Source: Gammaproteobacteria bacterium (GTDB lineage: Bacteria; Pseudomonadota; Gammaproteobacteria; Ga0077536). Taken from it: a DNA stretch of 64,000 nucleotides. A program made the translations under genes and the position numbers. Numbering within the stretch: position 1 is the stretch's first letter; every line of letters begins with the position of its first letter. The notes beneath the pieces were generated by a model that worked only from the letters and a program-made list of their open reading frames with translations, searched no databases and was not told the origin of the DNA. The DNA lies in the NCBI GenBank assembly GCA_963662545.2, contig CAXXLL010000002.1, forward strand, positions 2,176,001 through 2,240,000, written 5' to 3'. This document shows positions 20,776 to 29,601 of the stretch, piece by piece.

Positions 20776-21861
20776 ATGGCCACCAAGGGTAAGCCCAAAG
20801 GCGAAGCGACGACGATCGATCGGTTAGCTTACGGGCTGCGTGGACACATCAACCGCTTCTCTCACGTCGTAATAAATGTCTCCGATCTCGATCGCTCGGT
20901 CGAGTTTTACGAGAAGACATTCCCGGTGCGGCGGCGGGAGCGCATCAATGGTCCCGCCCAAAGCTACCTCGGGCTCGGCATCGAGCACGGGGAGTTCGAG
21001 GGGTGGGTGCTCGAGAACAAAAAGGATGCCTCGCCGCCGGGCGATTTCAAAGCGGAATTCCCCGCTCGGCTGATGCACCTAATCCAGTGGAAGTCACCCA
21101 AACCCACGGGCGCACCCTATCGCGAGGCAAACCATGTCGGCATCTACCGCCAGAATTCCTTTGTCAACAACCTCGATGAAGCCTATACCAACGTGCTCGC
21201 CAACGGTGGCAGGCCCTACGGGGAGCCCAGTTGGATCATGTTAACGCCCGATGGCTACGGAGTTACCGTCTTCGCATATCGGGACCCCGACGGAAATACC
21301 CTGGAGATGATCGCCGCGGAAGCCCCCGAGGGCACGATCGCGTTCCCGGGCATGATGCATCACTGCAATCTTAACGTCCGCAAGCTCGAGACCTCATACA
21401 GGTTTTACCGCGACATTCTCGGGCTCGATCTGACGGTGTATCTGGCGCCCTCGGAACCGCAACCGGCCACCAACGGATCGCTTGGCGACTCGCTTCGCAA
21501 TCCGGACGGCTCCGAATTCACCGACGGCCAGATGCTCTTCGCGGCGACGCTAATGGGCGTACGCTCCGACTCGAGGAGCCCGATCGACGTGCTCGAATGG
21601 GCCCAACCGAAGCCCTACGGCGAGCCGTATAAGTCACCGACTAATCTCGGCATCATGCGCGTGGCCTTCGAGGTCGACGACATCGAAGCCGCACGCTCAC
21701 GGCTGCAGCGCGCCGGGCACGCACCTATCGGGCCCGTCGATACGTGGGACATGGGGGAATTCGGCGAACGCAAGGTCGTGATCTTCAGGGATCCCGACGG
21801 GATCATGCTCGAACTGATCGAGCAAGCACCGATCCCTGGTGACAGACCTCCTTTCGATTGA
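20776..21861 (+). CDS. Two-domain VOC (glyoxalase/bleomycin resistance-like) family protein
   Basis: Repeated HVVINVSDL..S..FY / HCNLNVRKL..S..FY and RDPDGNTLEM / RDPDGIMLEL. Confidence 0.85.
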   Translation: MATKGKPKGEATTIDRLAYGLRGHINRFSHVVINVSDLDRSVEFYEKTFPVRRRERINGPAQSYLGLGIEHGEFEGWVLENKKDASPPGDFKAEFPARLMHLIQWKSPKPTGAPYREANHVGIYRQNSFVNNLDEAYTNVLANGGRPYGEPSWIMLTPDGYGVTVFAYRDPDGNTLEMIAAEAPEGTIAFPGMMHHCNLNVRKLETSYRFYRDILGLDLTVYLAPSEPQPATNGSLGDSLRNPDGSEFTDGQMLFAATLMGVRSDSRSPIDVLEWAQPKPYGEPYKSPTNLGIMRVAFEVDDIEAARSRLQRAGHAPIGPVDTWDMGEFGERKVVIFRDPDGIMLELIEQAPIPGDRPPFD

Positions 21862-21969
21862 GGACGCGCAGCTACGCAATCATTGCGTACCATGAAAACG
21901 GTCGGTGACAACTGATCACTGCCCTTTTTGTCGGCTGCTTCTCGCCCGCGGCGCAGGTGAACCCAGGGT

Positions 21970-22036
21970 AAAGGGGGACATTCAGCTTTTTCATTATAAA
22001 AGCTGAATGTCCCCCTTTATCTGTCCCCCTTTATCG
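21970..22036. repeat. REP-like palindrome with a long perfect stem plus an extra half-site
   Basis: AAAGGGGGACATTCAGCTTTT-TCATTAT-AAAAGCTGAATGTCCCCCTTT followed by a second TGTCCCCCTTTATC; lies between convergent genes. Confidence 0.8.
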
Positions 22037-22448
22037 CCCTTTCATGAGCTTGTTATACGGCCGCTTGCGACATGGTTATATGACGTGGGTGACTGGCCAC
22101 ACGATTTAGCCATGCGCCAATGGTTGGGTACGCCGAAAGGTCAAAGCCACCCTCATGCGCGACATGCGTATAGGCGTACAACGATATATCTGCAATGGTC
22201 AGTGCGCCATTGACAAGAAATTCAGTTTCGGACAATTGTCCTTCCATAACTGCGAGCGCTTTGTTTCCCCCTTCCTTCTTGGCCTCAAATTCTGCCCGGC
22301 GCTCTTCGGGTAGGCCTAGGTACTTTGCAATGAATCTTGCGACCGCAATGTACGGCTCGTGGCTATATTGTTCAAAGAACTGCCATTTTAGAACATTGGC
22401 TCTTTCCCAAGGCTCATCCGGCAAGTAGCTGGTGCCGTGAGCTAGCTA

Positions 22449-23463
22449 GTGTCCGTCCATAAACAGGCATTTTCTTCGATGGGCACGGAGAAATCGAGGT
22501 GTTGAAAGTAGGTTGTTGGAGCGGTAGCGGCGGTTCGGTGGGGGTCGAAGGGCTCTTCGAGCGTAATTGTGAGTACGTTCGCCGGCCGCAGAGCGCTGCA
22601 ACCCAAAGTCGCCCGTTCGACGATATCGAGGAGGTCAGTTAGTGCGAGTGAACGTCGCTATTCGAGTTGATAGCGCGCGAGCAGGCTGAGGTTGTAGGCG
22701 ACCACAGAAGACCACACGTAGGCTTCGAAGTGCGGCAGGCTCTTCCAGGTGCAACGTGCCAATCCGTATGCACGCTTCAGGCAGGAGATACCGGCCTCGA
22801 TGCCGGCGCGGAAGTTGCGCAAGCGTCGATAGACCCACTGACTCTTGACCATGTCGGCGATCGCGAGCCCGCGCTTCTTGTGGAAGGCAACGTCTTCGAT
22901 GCCTTCTGCTTTCGCCGCCCGGAGATTGTCGAGGCTCGCATAGCCGCCATCGGCGGCGACCTGTCGTGGCATCGTCCCGTAGTGTGTTCGATGCCGTTCG
23001 AGCATCGGCATGAAGCGCTGACTATCGACCGGATTGCCTCGCTCGATGACCACGTCGAGGATGAGGCCACTGCGCCCCGAAGCCAGATTGATTTTGTGTC
23101 CGTACTGAACGTCGCGCGCACCCTTTATGATGATGTCGGTATGCGGCTCGAACAAGCTCACGCACTTCTCGCTCGCGGGGACCTTCTCACCGCCGAACAC
23201 CCGCCGCTCAGTTTGCGAAATCACCTGCAGAACAAGTGTTTCGTAGTGCGCTCTGGCTAGCCAGTCCGGCATTGTGACGCCCGGGCTCAGCAGCTGCTCA
23301 CGTACCCTCGCTACCGCTTCCTGCGCCCCAATCAAATCGCGATACAGACGTTGGCGTTGCTTCGCACCACGCGCATACCACAGCGCCCGCGCACCTTCTT
23401 CGCCAATCGAGTGTGGTTCACGAAGCACAACTCCGGCGCGCCAACTCGCGCGCCTGTGCGAGC
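22449..23463 (-). mobile_element. Partial (3' part) duplicate of the ISNCY element
   Basis: Matches the copy starting at 23640 at an offset of 1191 nt, degrades with small deletions after about 23245, then joins a duplicated GST fragment. Confidence 0.8.
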
Positions 23464-23639
23464 AAATTCTGCGCACGGCAGCTCTTCGGGTACTGTCCGG
23501 CCTCAAGGTACTTTGCAATGAATCTTGCGACCGCAATGTACGGCTCGTGGCTATATTGTTCAAAGAACTGCCATTTTAGAACATTGGCTCTTTCCCATGG
23601 AGGCTCATCCGGCAAGTAGCTGGTGCCGTGAGCTAGCTA

Positions 23640-25336
23640 GTGTCCGTCCATAAACAGGCATTTTCTTCGATGGGCACGGAGAAATCGAGGTGTTGAAAGT
23701 AGGTTGTTGGAGCGGTAGCGGCGGTTCGGTGGGGGTCGAAGGGCTCTTCGAGCGTAATTGTGAGTACGTTCGCCGGCCGCAGAGCGCTGCAACCCAAAGT
23801 CGCCCGTTCGACGATATCGAGGAGGTCAGTTAGTGCGAGTGAACGTCGCTATTCGAGTTGATAGCGCGCGAGCAGGCTGAGGTTGTAGGCGACCACAGAA
23901 GACCACACGTAGGCTTCGAAGTGCGGCAGGCTCTTCCAGGTGCAACGTGCCAATCCGTATGCACGCTTCAGGCAGGAGATACCGGCCTCGATGCCGGCGC
24001 GGAAGTTGCGCAAGCGTCGATAGACCCACTGACTCTTGACCATGTCGGCGATCGCGAGCCCGCGCTTCTTGTGGAAGGCAACGTCTTCGATGCCTTCTGC
24101 TTTCGCCGCCCGGAGATTGTCGAGGCTCGCATAGCCGCCATCGGCGGCGACCTGTCGTGGCATCGTCCCGTAGTGTGTTCGATGCCGTTCGAGCATCGGC
24201 ATGAAGCGCTGACTATCGACCGGATTGCCTCGCTCGATGACCACGTCGAGGATGAGGCCACTGCGCCCCGAAGCCAGATTGATTTTGTGTCCGTACTGAA
24301 CGTCGCGCGCACCCTTTATGATGATGTCGGTATGCGGCTCGAACAAGCTCACGCACTTCTCGCTCGCGGGGACCTTCTCACCGCCGAACACCCGCCGCTC
24401 AGTTTGCGAAATCACCTGCAGAACAAGTGTTTCGTAGTGCGCTACCTGCGCTAGCCAGTCCGGCAGTTCAACGCCGGTGACGCCCGGGCTCAGCAGCTGC
24501 TCACGTACCCTCGCTACCGCTTCCAAGGTTGAACGCGTCGCCCCAATCAAATCGCGATACAGACGTTGGCGTTGCTTCGCACCACGCGCATACCACAGCG
24601 CCCGCGCACGCTTCTTCGCCAATCGAGTGTGGTTCACGAAGCACAACTCCGGCGCGCCAGGCAACTCGCGCGCCTGTGCGAGCAGACGAACCACAACACG
24701 CACGCCATCCCACAGCAGATGACTGTCGCTCGGCGCGTGGATGGCACTGTCCGTTACCGTGCTATCAATCCGTACACGCTGTGCCGGCTCAATGCGCGTC
24801 TCTTTCGCCGTCGCCAGCAGGGCGCGATGAATAGACTCCCACGTCGATACCTGGATCGCCGAGACCACCCGCTGTAAGGCAGACTTCTTCGGACGTTCAT
24901 TACCCGGCAACCGGGCGAAGGCCTGAAAGCTCGCCGAGTCCTGCAGGTGAAAGGCCAGCTCCTCGTAACTCAATTGCCGGTGCTGCTTGAGCACCGCGCA
25001 GCGCAGCACCGACTCCGCCGACAGTCCGCGTCGACCGGTGGGCTTCAAACCCCGCCGACACAGATCGTTCATGACCGGCGTGAGGACCTTGGGGTGAGCA
25101 TCGAGCCACTCGGACATGCCCTGCAGCTCTCGCCCCAGGTCATGGTCAGCAAACAGCTCGTATATACTCGCTTGGGCCGTGCGTTTCTGACGCATTCCCC
25201 CTCCTGTGGTGTCGATGATTGTGTGGAAAATCAGAGGTTTGAAGTTCCATTAGATCACGACCCACCGGAGGTTTCGATCCCTTAAGCGACAAATTTTCCT
25301 TTTTATTTCAACCGCATCGCGTTTAGGGATGCACAC
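23640..25336 (-). mobile_element. IS element, 1697 bp, ISNCY family (ISRm17/ISBj12-like), copy 1
   Basis: Imperfect terminal IRs GTGTCCGTCCATAAAC / GTGTGCATCCCTAAAC; flanks TAGCTA and TAGATA; single transposase. Confidence 0.93.
23849..25195 (-). CDS. DDE transposase (ISNCY family)
   Basis: 448 aa; RIDSTV, VSLFEPHT, QYGHK, AADGGY, FRAGIEAGIS.LKR. Confidence 0.95.
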   Translation of the reverse strand: MRQKRTAQASIYELFADHDLGRELQGMSEWLDAHPKVLTPVMNDLCRRGLKPTGRRGLSAESVLRCAVLKQHRQLSYEELAFHLQDSASFQAFARLPGNERPKKSALQRVVSAIQVSTWESIHRALLATAKETRIEPAQRVRIDSTVTDSAIHAPSDSHLLWDGVRVVVRLLAQARELPGAPELCFVNHTRLAKKRARALWYARGAKQRQRLYRDLIGATRSTLEAVARVREQLLSPGVTGVELPDWLAQVAHYETLVLQVISQTERRVFGGEKVPASEKCVSLFEPHTDIIIKGARDVQYGHKINLASGRSGLILDVVIERGNPVDSQRFMPMLERHRTHYGTMPRQVAADGGYASLDNLRAAKAEGIEDVAFHKKRGLAIADMVKSQWVYRRLRNFRAGIEAGISCLKRAYGLARCTWKSLPHFEAYVWSSVVAYNLSLLARYQLE

Positions 25337-25575
25337 TAGATAGTTGAGTATTGCATTCGACTCGCAAAGACATTCTCCGGAGGTCAGTTCGAGAACAGGG
25401 ATTTTGCCGTTGGGATTCTTGGCCAAAAATTCTTCGGTCCTCGTCTCACCTTGCAGGATATCTACTTCTACCCACTCATGCGCCAGTTCGAGATGATTCA
25501 TGAGCAGTTTGACCTTGTAGCAATTGCCGGACTGAATATCTCCGTAGACTTGATACATCTACATGCCTCCTTCTG

Positions 25576-25664
25576 CCGTATAAGCTTGAGCTAAGCTGGC
25601 GCGGACGTTGCGAGTACGGAGCGTGTGACAAATAGGCGGTCAGGTTGGGCGGCTGGTTAAACGC
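25576..25664 (-). other. Degenerate attC-like site between the DUF1330 and GST genes
   Basis: Minus strand: GTTTAAC-CAGCC-GCCCAACC...GCTTAGC-TCAAGC-TTATACGG. Has the R''/L''/L'/R' layout but lacks the G of GTT. Confidence 0.55.
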
Positions 25665-25666
25665 AT

Positions 25667-26098
25667 TCAATTGTTCATCGCGTTGAGCATTTCCAGCCAC
25701 TCTCCCCCATCAAATTCAACCGTCTGAGTTTTGTAAGGCAGCACCGGTTCGGATGCCCACAAGATACGGCTCTCGAGGGCTTCTCCGGCCAAAGGGTGGA
25801 GAGCTTGGTATTTGTCGGAGCGAAACATTTCGTAGCAAGCACGTCGGCTTGGATACCTAACGAGAAGGACGCTATCCCAATCTCCAATTTCACCTTGAAT
25901 TTGTTCTTTAAGTTTCTCAGCGTAGACGAGTTCTATCCCGCTATCTGCGCAATCCGCCATCACGCGCCTGATGTATTCGAGATATGTTTTAAGAGAGTCA
26001 CCGGATTTGAACTTCAAAAGATTAAGCACCACCACCGGGCCAGTATCCAAATCCTTAGGTTGAACTTCGTCGAGAGTAGCGAGCGGGTTCAGGTCCAT
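25667..26098 (-). CDS. DUF1330-like protein
   Basis: GPVVVLNLLKFK, WDSVLLVRYPSR, YQALHP..EALE. GGAG RBS before ATG 26098. Confidence 0.8.
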   Translation of the reverse strand: MDLNPLATLDEVQPKDLDTGPVVVLNLLKFKSGDSLKTYLEYIRRVMADCADSGIELVYAEKLKEQIQGEIGDWDSVLLVRYPSRRACYEMFRSDKYQALHPLAGEALESRILWASEPVLPYKTQTVEFDGGEWLEMLNAMNN

Positions 26099-26114
26099 AA
26101 TTCTTACTCCAATA

Positions 26115-26227
26115 CGCATAAGGTTTTGGATAACAGTCGTGTTACAGCAGAGCCGTTTGGCGCAAAAATGCAATGCCGGCCCAAAGGAGCCTGCCGTAAC
26201 GCGTCGGCCTCGATCGCCCTGCTAGCT
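26115..26227 (-). other. Degenerate attC-like imperfect palindrome between the methyltransferase and DUF1330 genes
   Basis: Starts at the stop codon (AGCTAGC-AGGGC-GATCGAG); GTTACGGCAG...CTGCTGTAAC stem; ends GTTATC-CAAAAC-CTTATGCG. Confidence 0.45.
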
Positions 26228-26881
26228 GTATTTTTTTCCACTGTAAAGCGCCATCGTTCCAAACATTGTGCCGAACGTCTCGCGCGCGAAAGTATCTCCA
26301 AACCCCGCTTCTTTAAAGATTTGTGTTAATAGCCCCTTCCGGTTGTCATCGGTGTTACTGAATCCGTCCAAAAGTTGTATTCCGTAAAACAGAAACGCCA
26401 TGAATCCGTTATCAGGCTTGCCCCAATCAGCAATGTGGATCATCCCGCCAGGCTTTAATACTCGATACATCTCCTTAGCGGTTCGGTCTTTCAGATCGCG
26501 GCTTAAGTGGTGAAAAAACAAACTGGACATAACGATATCGAAATGTTCATCCCCATAAGGCAACTCATACGATAGACCTTGATCCAGTTTTATTGTTAGC
26601 TCGGCTTTGTCAATTTTCGATCGCGCTATGTTTAGTATCGTCGGATCGCCGTCGATTCCCGTTACGTTCGCATCGCGATGCAGGGATTTTAAAAGCAGCG
26701 CGAGCGTTCCAGTTCCGCACGCTACATCGAGTATTTCAGAGCCGGGTTTGATTGAAGCCTGGGCGATTAGCGCACTTTTGAACGTGTTCTCGCGCGCCGT
26801 CAGCCCGGCCACAATATCGTAGAAGCGAGTTAATGGTGCGTAGCCAAGTGCCGGAACGTATTTATCAGAATCTGGCGACAT
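26222..26881 (-). CDS. Class I SAM-dependent methyltransferase
   Basis: ILDVACGTG, LPYGDEHFDIV, SSLFFHHL, RVLKPGG. Confidence 0.92.
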   Translation of the reverse strand: MSPDSDKYVPALGYAPLTRFYDIVAGLTARENTFKSALIAQASIKPGSEILDVACGTGTLALLLKSLHRDANVTGIDGDPTILNIARSKIDKAELTIKLDQGLSYELPYGDEHFDIVMSSLFFHHLSRDLKDRTAKEMYRVLKPGGMIHIADWGKPDNGFMAFLFYGIQLLDGFSNTDDNRKGLLTQIFKEAGFGDTFARETFGTMFGTMALYSGKKYS

Positions 26882-27021
26882 TTTCGGCGATTGCGCCTAA
26901 ATAGAGCTACAGTTGGGATAACCGGAGCTTGATGGGGGACTGGATAGTCAGCGAAAGGACGGAGCGGTCAGCCGTCCGCCGTCCGCATTGTTTGCATGGT
27001 GTAGTTAGTTACATCCGTCCC

Positions 27022-27456
27022 TTACCTATCAGCAACCATTCGAAGTGCCACCCGTAAATGTTGGTACTTCCACTCACCGTTTATTTTCACGTAATCGTCG
27101 TCATATCTCAGGGCTAACCACTTCTCCTCATTGTTTTCGGAATAGGTCCACGGGCCCATTATGTACCATATGCCTGTAGCACGGCCCCCGTCGACTTCGA
27201 TTCTTGGATTCATGATGTTGTGCTGAGAAAAGCTGAACATTTTTTGAAAGCCGCGAAATAATTCGCGAATAGCCTCATGTCCCTCGGCTTTTCCAAAATC
27301 GGCACTTTCCCAGAAGGCATCTTCGGCAAATAACGAATCGATTCTATCGGGGTTGTGCATATCGTCGCAGATCTCACAATAGAGCGCTTTGAGTTGCTTT
27401 ATCGCTTCAATGTCTTCGATCCGGGTGAGTCGCTTTTCGAGTTCCGCCATTTCCAT
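27022..27456 (-). CDS. NTF2/SnoaL-like protein (SnoaL_4-type)
   Basis: LTRIEDIEAIKQLKALYC, HNIMNPRIEV, YDDDYVKINGEWK. Confidence 0.88.
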   Translation of the reverse strand: MEMAELEKRLTRIEDIEAIKQLKALYCEICDDMHNPDRIDSLFAEDAFWESADFGKAEGHEAIRELFRGFQKMFSFSQHNIMNPRIEVDGGRATGIWYIMGPWTYSENNEEKWLALRYDDDYVKINGEWKYQHLRVALRMVADR

Positions 27457-27551
27457 AGTAAATCCTTCTCTAAGTAGAGCTGGTTAATTTCATTTTGTCG
27501 ACAAAATATGTGTCGGGGCAATAGATCCTAAGCGGTGTTTCTTTTGGGACG

Positions 27552-27603
27552 AAAAGGTGTCAGGTCTATTTGATCGCAGCTGCAAATATTCCTGGCACTT
27601 TTT
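27552..27603. repeat. REP-like imperfect palindrome (AAAAGGTGTCAGGTCTATTT...AAATATTCCTGGCACTTTTT); may terminate pyk transcription
   Basis: Imperfect IR just downstream of pyk, at the right edge of the low-GC cassette block. Confidence 0.55.
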
Positions 27604-27626
27604 TTTCCTCGCGCCGCGCGCGCTCG

Positions 27627-29060
27627 TCACTCGACGGTTAGGACCCGTATTAAATCAGTACTACCGGCCTGACGTTGACTCCCAGCCGTCGCGACAATGA
27701 TATCGCCCGGGCGTGCGTAGCCCGATGCCTTTGCGCGGTCCGTGGCGAAGGCAAGCTTGTCGTCGTCCGTACCGTTGCCTTCGTAATGCATGGCGAGAAC
27801 ACCCCAGTTCATGGCGAGACGGCGCACGACTCGAGGTGACGAGGTTACGGCGAGAATCGGGCAGTCAGGGCGATACTTCGAGATTAGTCGGGAAGTGAAG
27901 CCGGTTTCGGTGAGCGCGATGATGGCCACGGCTTTGAGATGATTGGCCATCGTGATGGACGCCTGGGCCACGGCTTCCGTGACGACGTTTGCCGGGTGCG
28001 GCAGGATCTGTTGCAGGTGGCCGAATTCCGGCAGACCTGCTTCCGCTTCCCGGGCCAGGCGCACCATCGTACGGACGGATTCGACCGGGTAGGCGCCTAC
28101 AGCCGTTTCGCCCGAGAGCATCACCGCCGAGGTACCGTCTAGTATCGCATTTGCAACGTCACTGACCTCCGCGCGGGTCGGACGCGGGTTACGCTCCATT
28201 GAATCGAGCATTTGGGTCGCGGTGATCACGGGTTTGCCATTGGTCACCGTGCTGCGAATGATGCGCTTTTGGATGGTCGGCCCCTGGGCGAGATCCAACT
28301 CAACGCCGAGGTCGCCGCGCGCCACCATCGTTCCATCAGCGACGGCAATGATTTCATCGAGGTTCTCAACACCGCCGCGGCTCTCGATCTTGGCGATGAT
28401 GGGCGTATCGGCACCCAGTTCGGTCAATTTGCCCCGCAGCCGCTCGATATCAGCCGCATCGCGAATGAACGATGCCGCCACGTACTCTGCTTCTTGGGCG
28501 GCGACGAACTCGAGATCGCCCCCGACGTCGGAATCGATCGATTCGAAGATGTTGGGATTATCCGGCAGGTTAACACCCTTGCGGTCATGCAAGGTGCTAC
28601 CGTTTTCAACGCGGCATCGAATCGCACCGAGCGAAATGCCGGTAACACTAAGCCCGATGAGTCCGTCGTCGAGGAGCACGCGATCGCGCAGGCTGACATG
28701 GTCGTGAAGTGTGGCATGCGACACCGCCACACCTTCAGCATTGCCAAGGCGTTCGTCTGTATAAAGTGTAAATTCCTGACCTGGCGCAAGCGTCACCGAG
28801 CCGCCTTCCAGCTTGCCGGTGCGGATTTCGCGTCCTCGCGTATCGATCATGATTGCGAGGTTGACGCCGACCGCGTCCGCCGCACGCCGGACCCGCGTGA
28901 TCCGCTCCCCATGCTGTTCGAAATCACCATGCGAAAGGTTCAGGCGCGCTACGTTGACACCTTCGGAGATCATGTCGCGGAGGACGGATTCGTCATCGCA
29001 GGCCGGTCCGATCGTGGCGATAATTTTCGTTTTCTGCAGCCGGTGTCTAATACTCATCAA
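27627..29060 (-). CDS. pyk: Pyruvate kinase
   Basis: TKIIATIGPA, ARLNLSHG, IIAKIE, MVARGDLG, ATQMLDSM..PRPTRAE. Confidence 0.97.
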   Translation of the reverse strand: MMSIRHRLQKTKIIATIGPACDDESVLRDMISEGVNVARLNLSHGDFEQHGERITRVRRAADAVGVNLAIMIDTRGREIRTGKLEGGSVTLAPGQEFTLYTDERLGNAEGVAVSHATLHDHVSLRDRVLLDDGLIGLSVTGISLGAIRCRVENGSTLHDRKGVNLPDNPNIFESIDSDVGGDLEFVAAQEAEYVAASFIRDAADIERLRGKLTELGADTPIIAKIESRGGVENLDEIIAVADGTMVARGDLGVELDLAQGPTIQKRIIRSTVTNGKPVITATQMLDSMERNPRPTRAEVSDVANAILDGTSAVMLSGETAVGAYPVESVRTMVRLAREAEAGLPEFGHLQQILPHPANVVTEAVAQASITMANHLKAVAIIALTETGFTSRLISKYRPDCPILAVTSSPRVVRRLAMNWGVLAMHYEGNGTDDDKLAFATDRAKASGYARPGDIIVATAGSQRQAGSTDLIRVLTVE

Positions 29061-29197
29061 GACCTCGAATTGACACGCTTACGGCGACAAAGTATACGGC
29101 CGCACGCGCATAAAAAATCGAATGGTCACGACTTAATGCGAAATAGCTGTTCAGAAGTAAAGGTGATCGAGGAATCAAGCTTTAATTCCTCCAGCGA

Positions 29198-29450
29198 TCA
29201 ATCGGTCAGACCCCTTGTACAGGTATATTCGTATATCTGGCAGTCCGCTGCGAGCATCGGCACTTCGCCACGCCAAACCTCGGTGAAAATGGACGGGTCC
29301 TCGAGGGTCGCCTCATAGGACATCGTCTGCGAACTCGTCGCCGTGAAGCGCTCGATCACACGCAGGGCTTCGCTGTGAAAGGTCCCCACGCGGCCCAGCC
29401 AAGTTTGATCGTTCTGTCCGGTCGTTTCAATAACGAGGGTGTCTCCATGA
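29198..29450 (-). pseudogene. Remnant of a conserved hypothetical protein (DTLVIETT...HSEALRVIERF...YEATLEDP...YEYxC)
   Basis: Recognisable C-terminal motif series in manual translation; N-terminus absent and 3' end degraded. Confidence 0.5.
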
Positions 29451-29601
29451 TCGTTCCTACCCGCTCATGCAGACGCGCGCCAGAACTTCACGGCCAGATA
29501 ACCCGCGTCTCCTCCGCCGGAAAGCATCGAAATCCTCTGGGAAAAGTTGCCAAGTTCATTGGTCGTAGAATCCGGTACCGATTGAAATCGGCGTCGTTGT
29601 C

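Larger units (their letters stand above)
22053..25558 (-). pseudogene. Glutathione S-transferase family gene interrupted by an ISNCY element
   Basis: N-half (SGNCYKV...NPNGKIPVL...ESNAILNYL) at 25558-25337 and C-half (LAHGTSYLPDE...KWQFFEQYSHEPYIA...TIADISLYAYTH) at 22448-22053 join in frame when the IS is removed. Confidence 0.92.

Noticed and set aside
22658-23563. 301-aa transposase with a novel N-terminus
   Set aside because: Chimera of out-of-frame GST sequence and a degraded IS duplicate.
28212-29318. Long antisense ORFs (also 16885-17886, 31466-32545, 36422-37642, 47066-48250)
   Set aside because: Typical high-GC shadow ORFs opposite well-supported genes.
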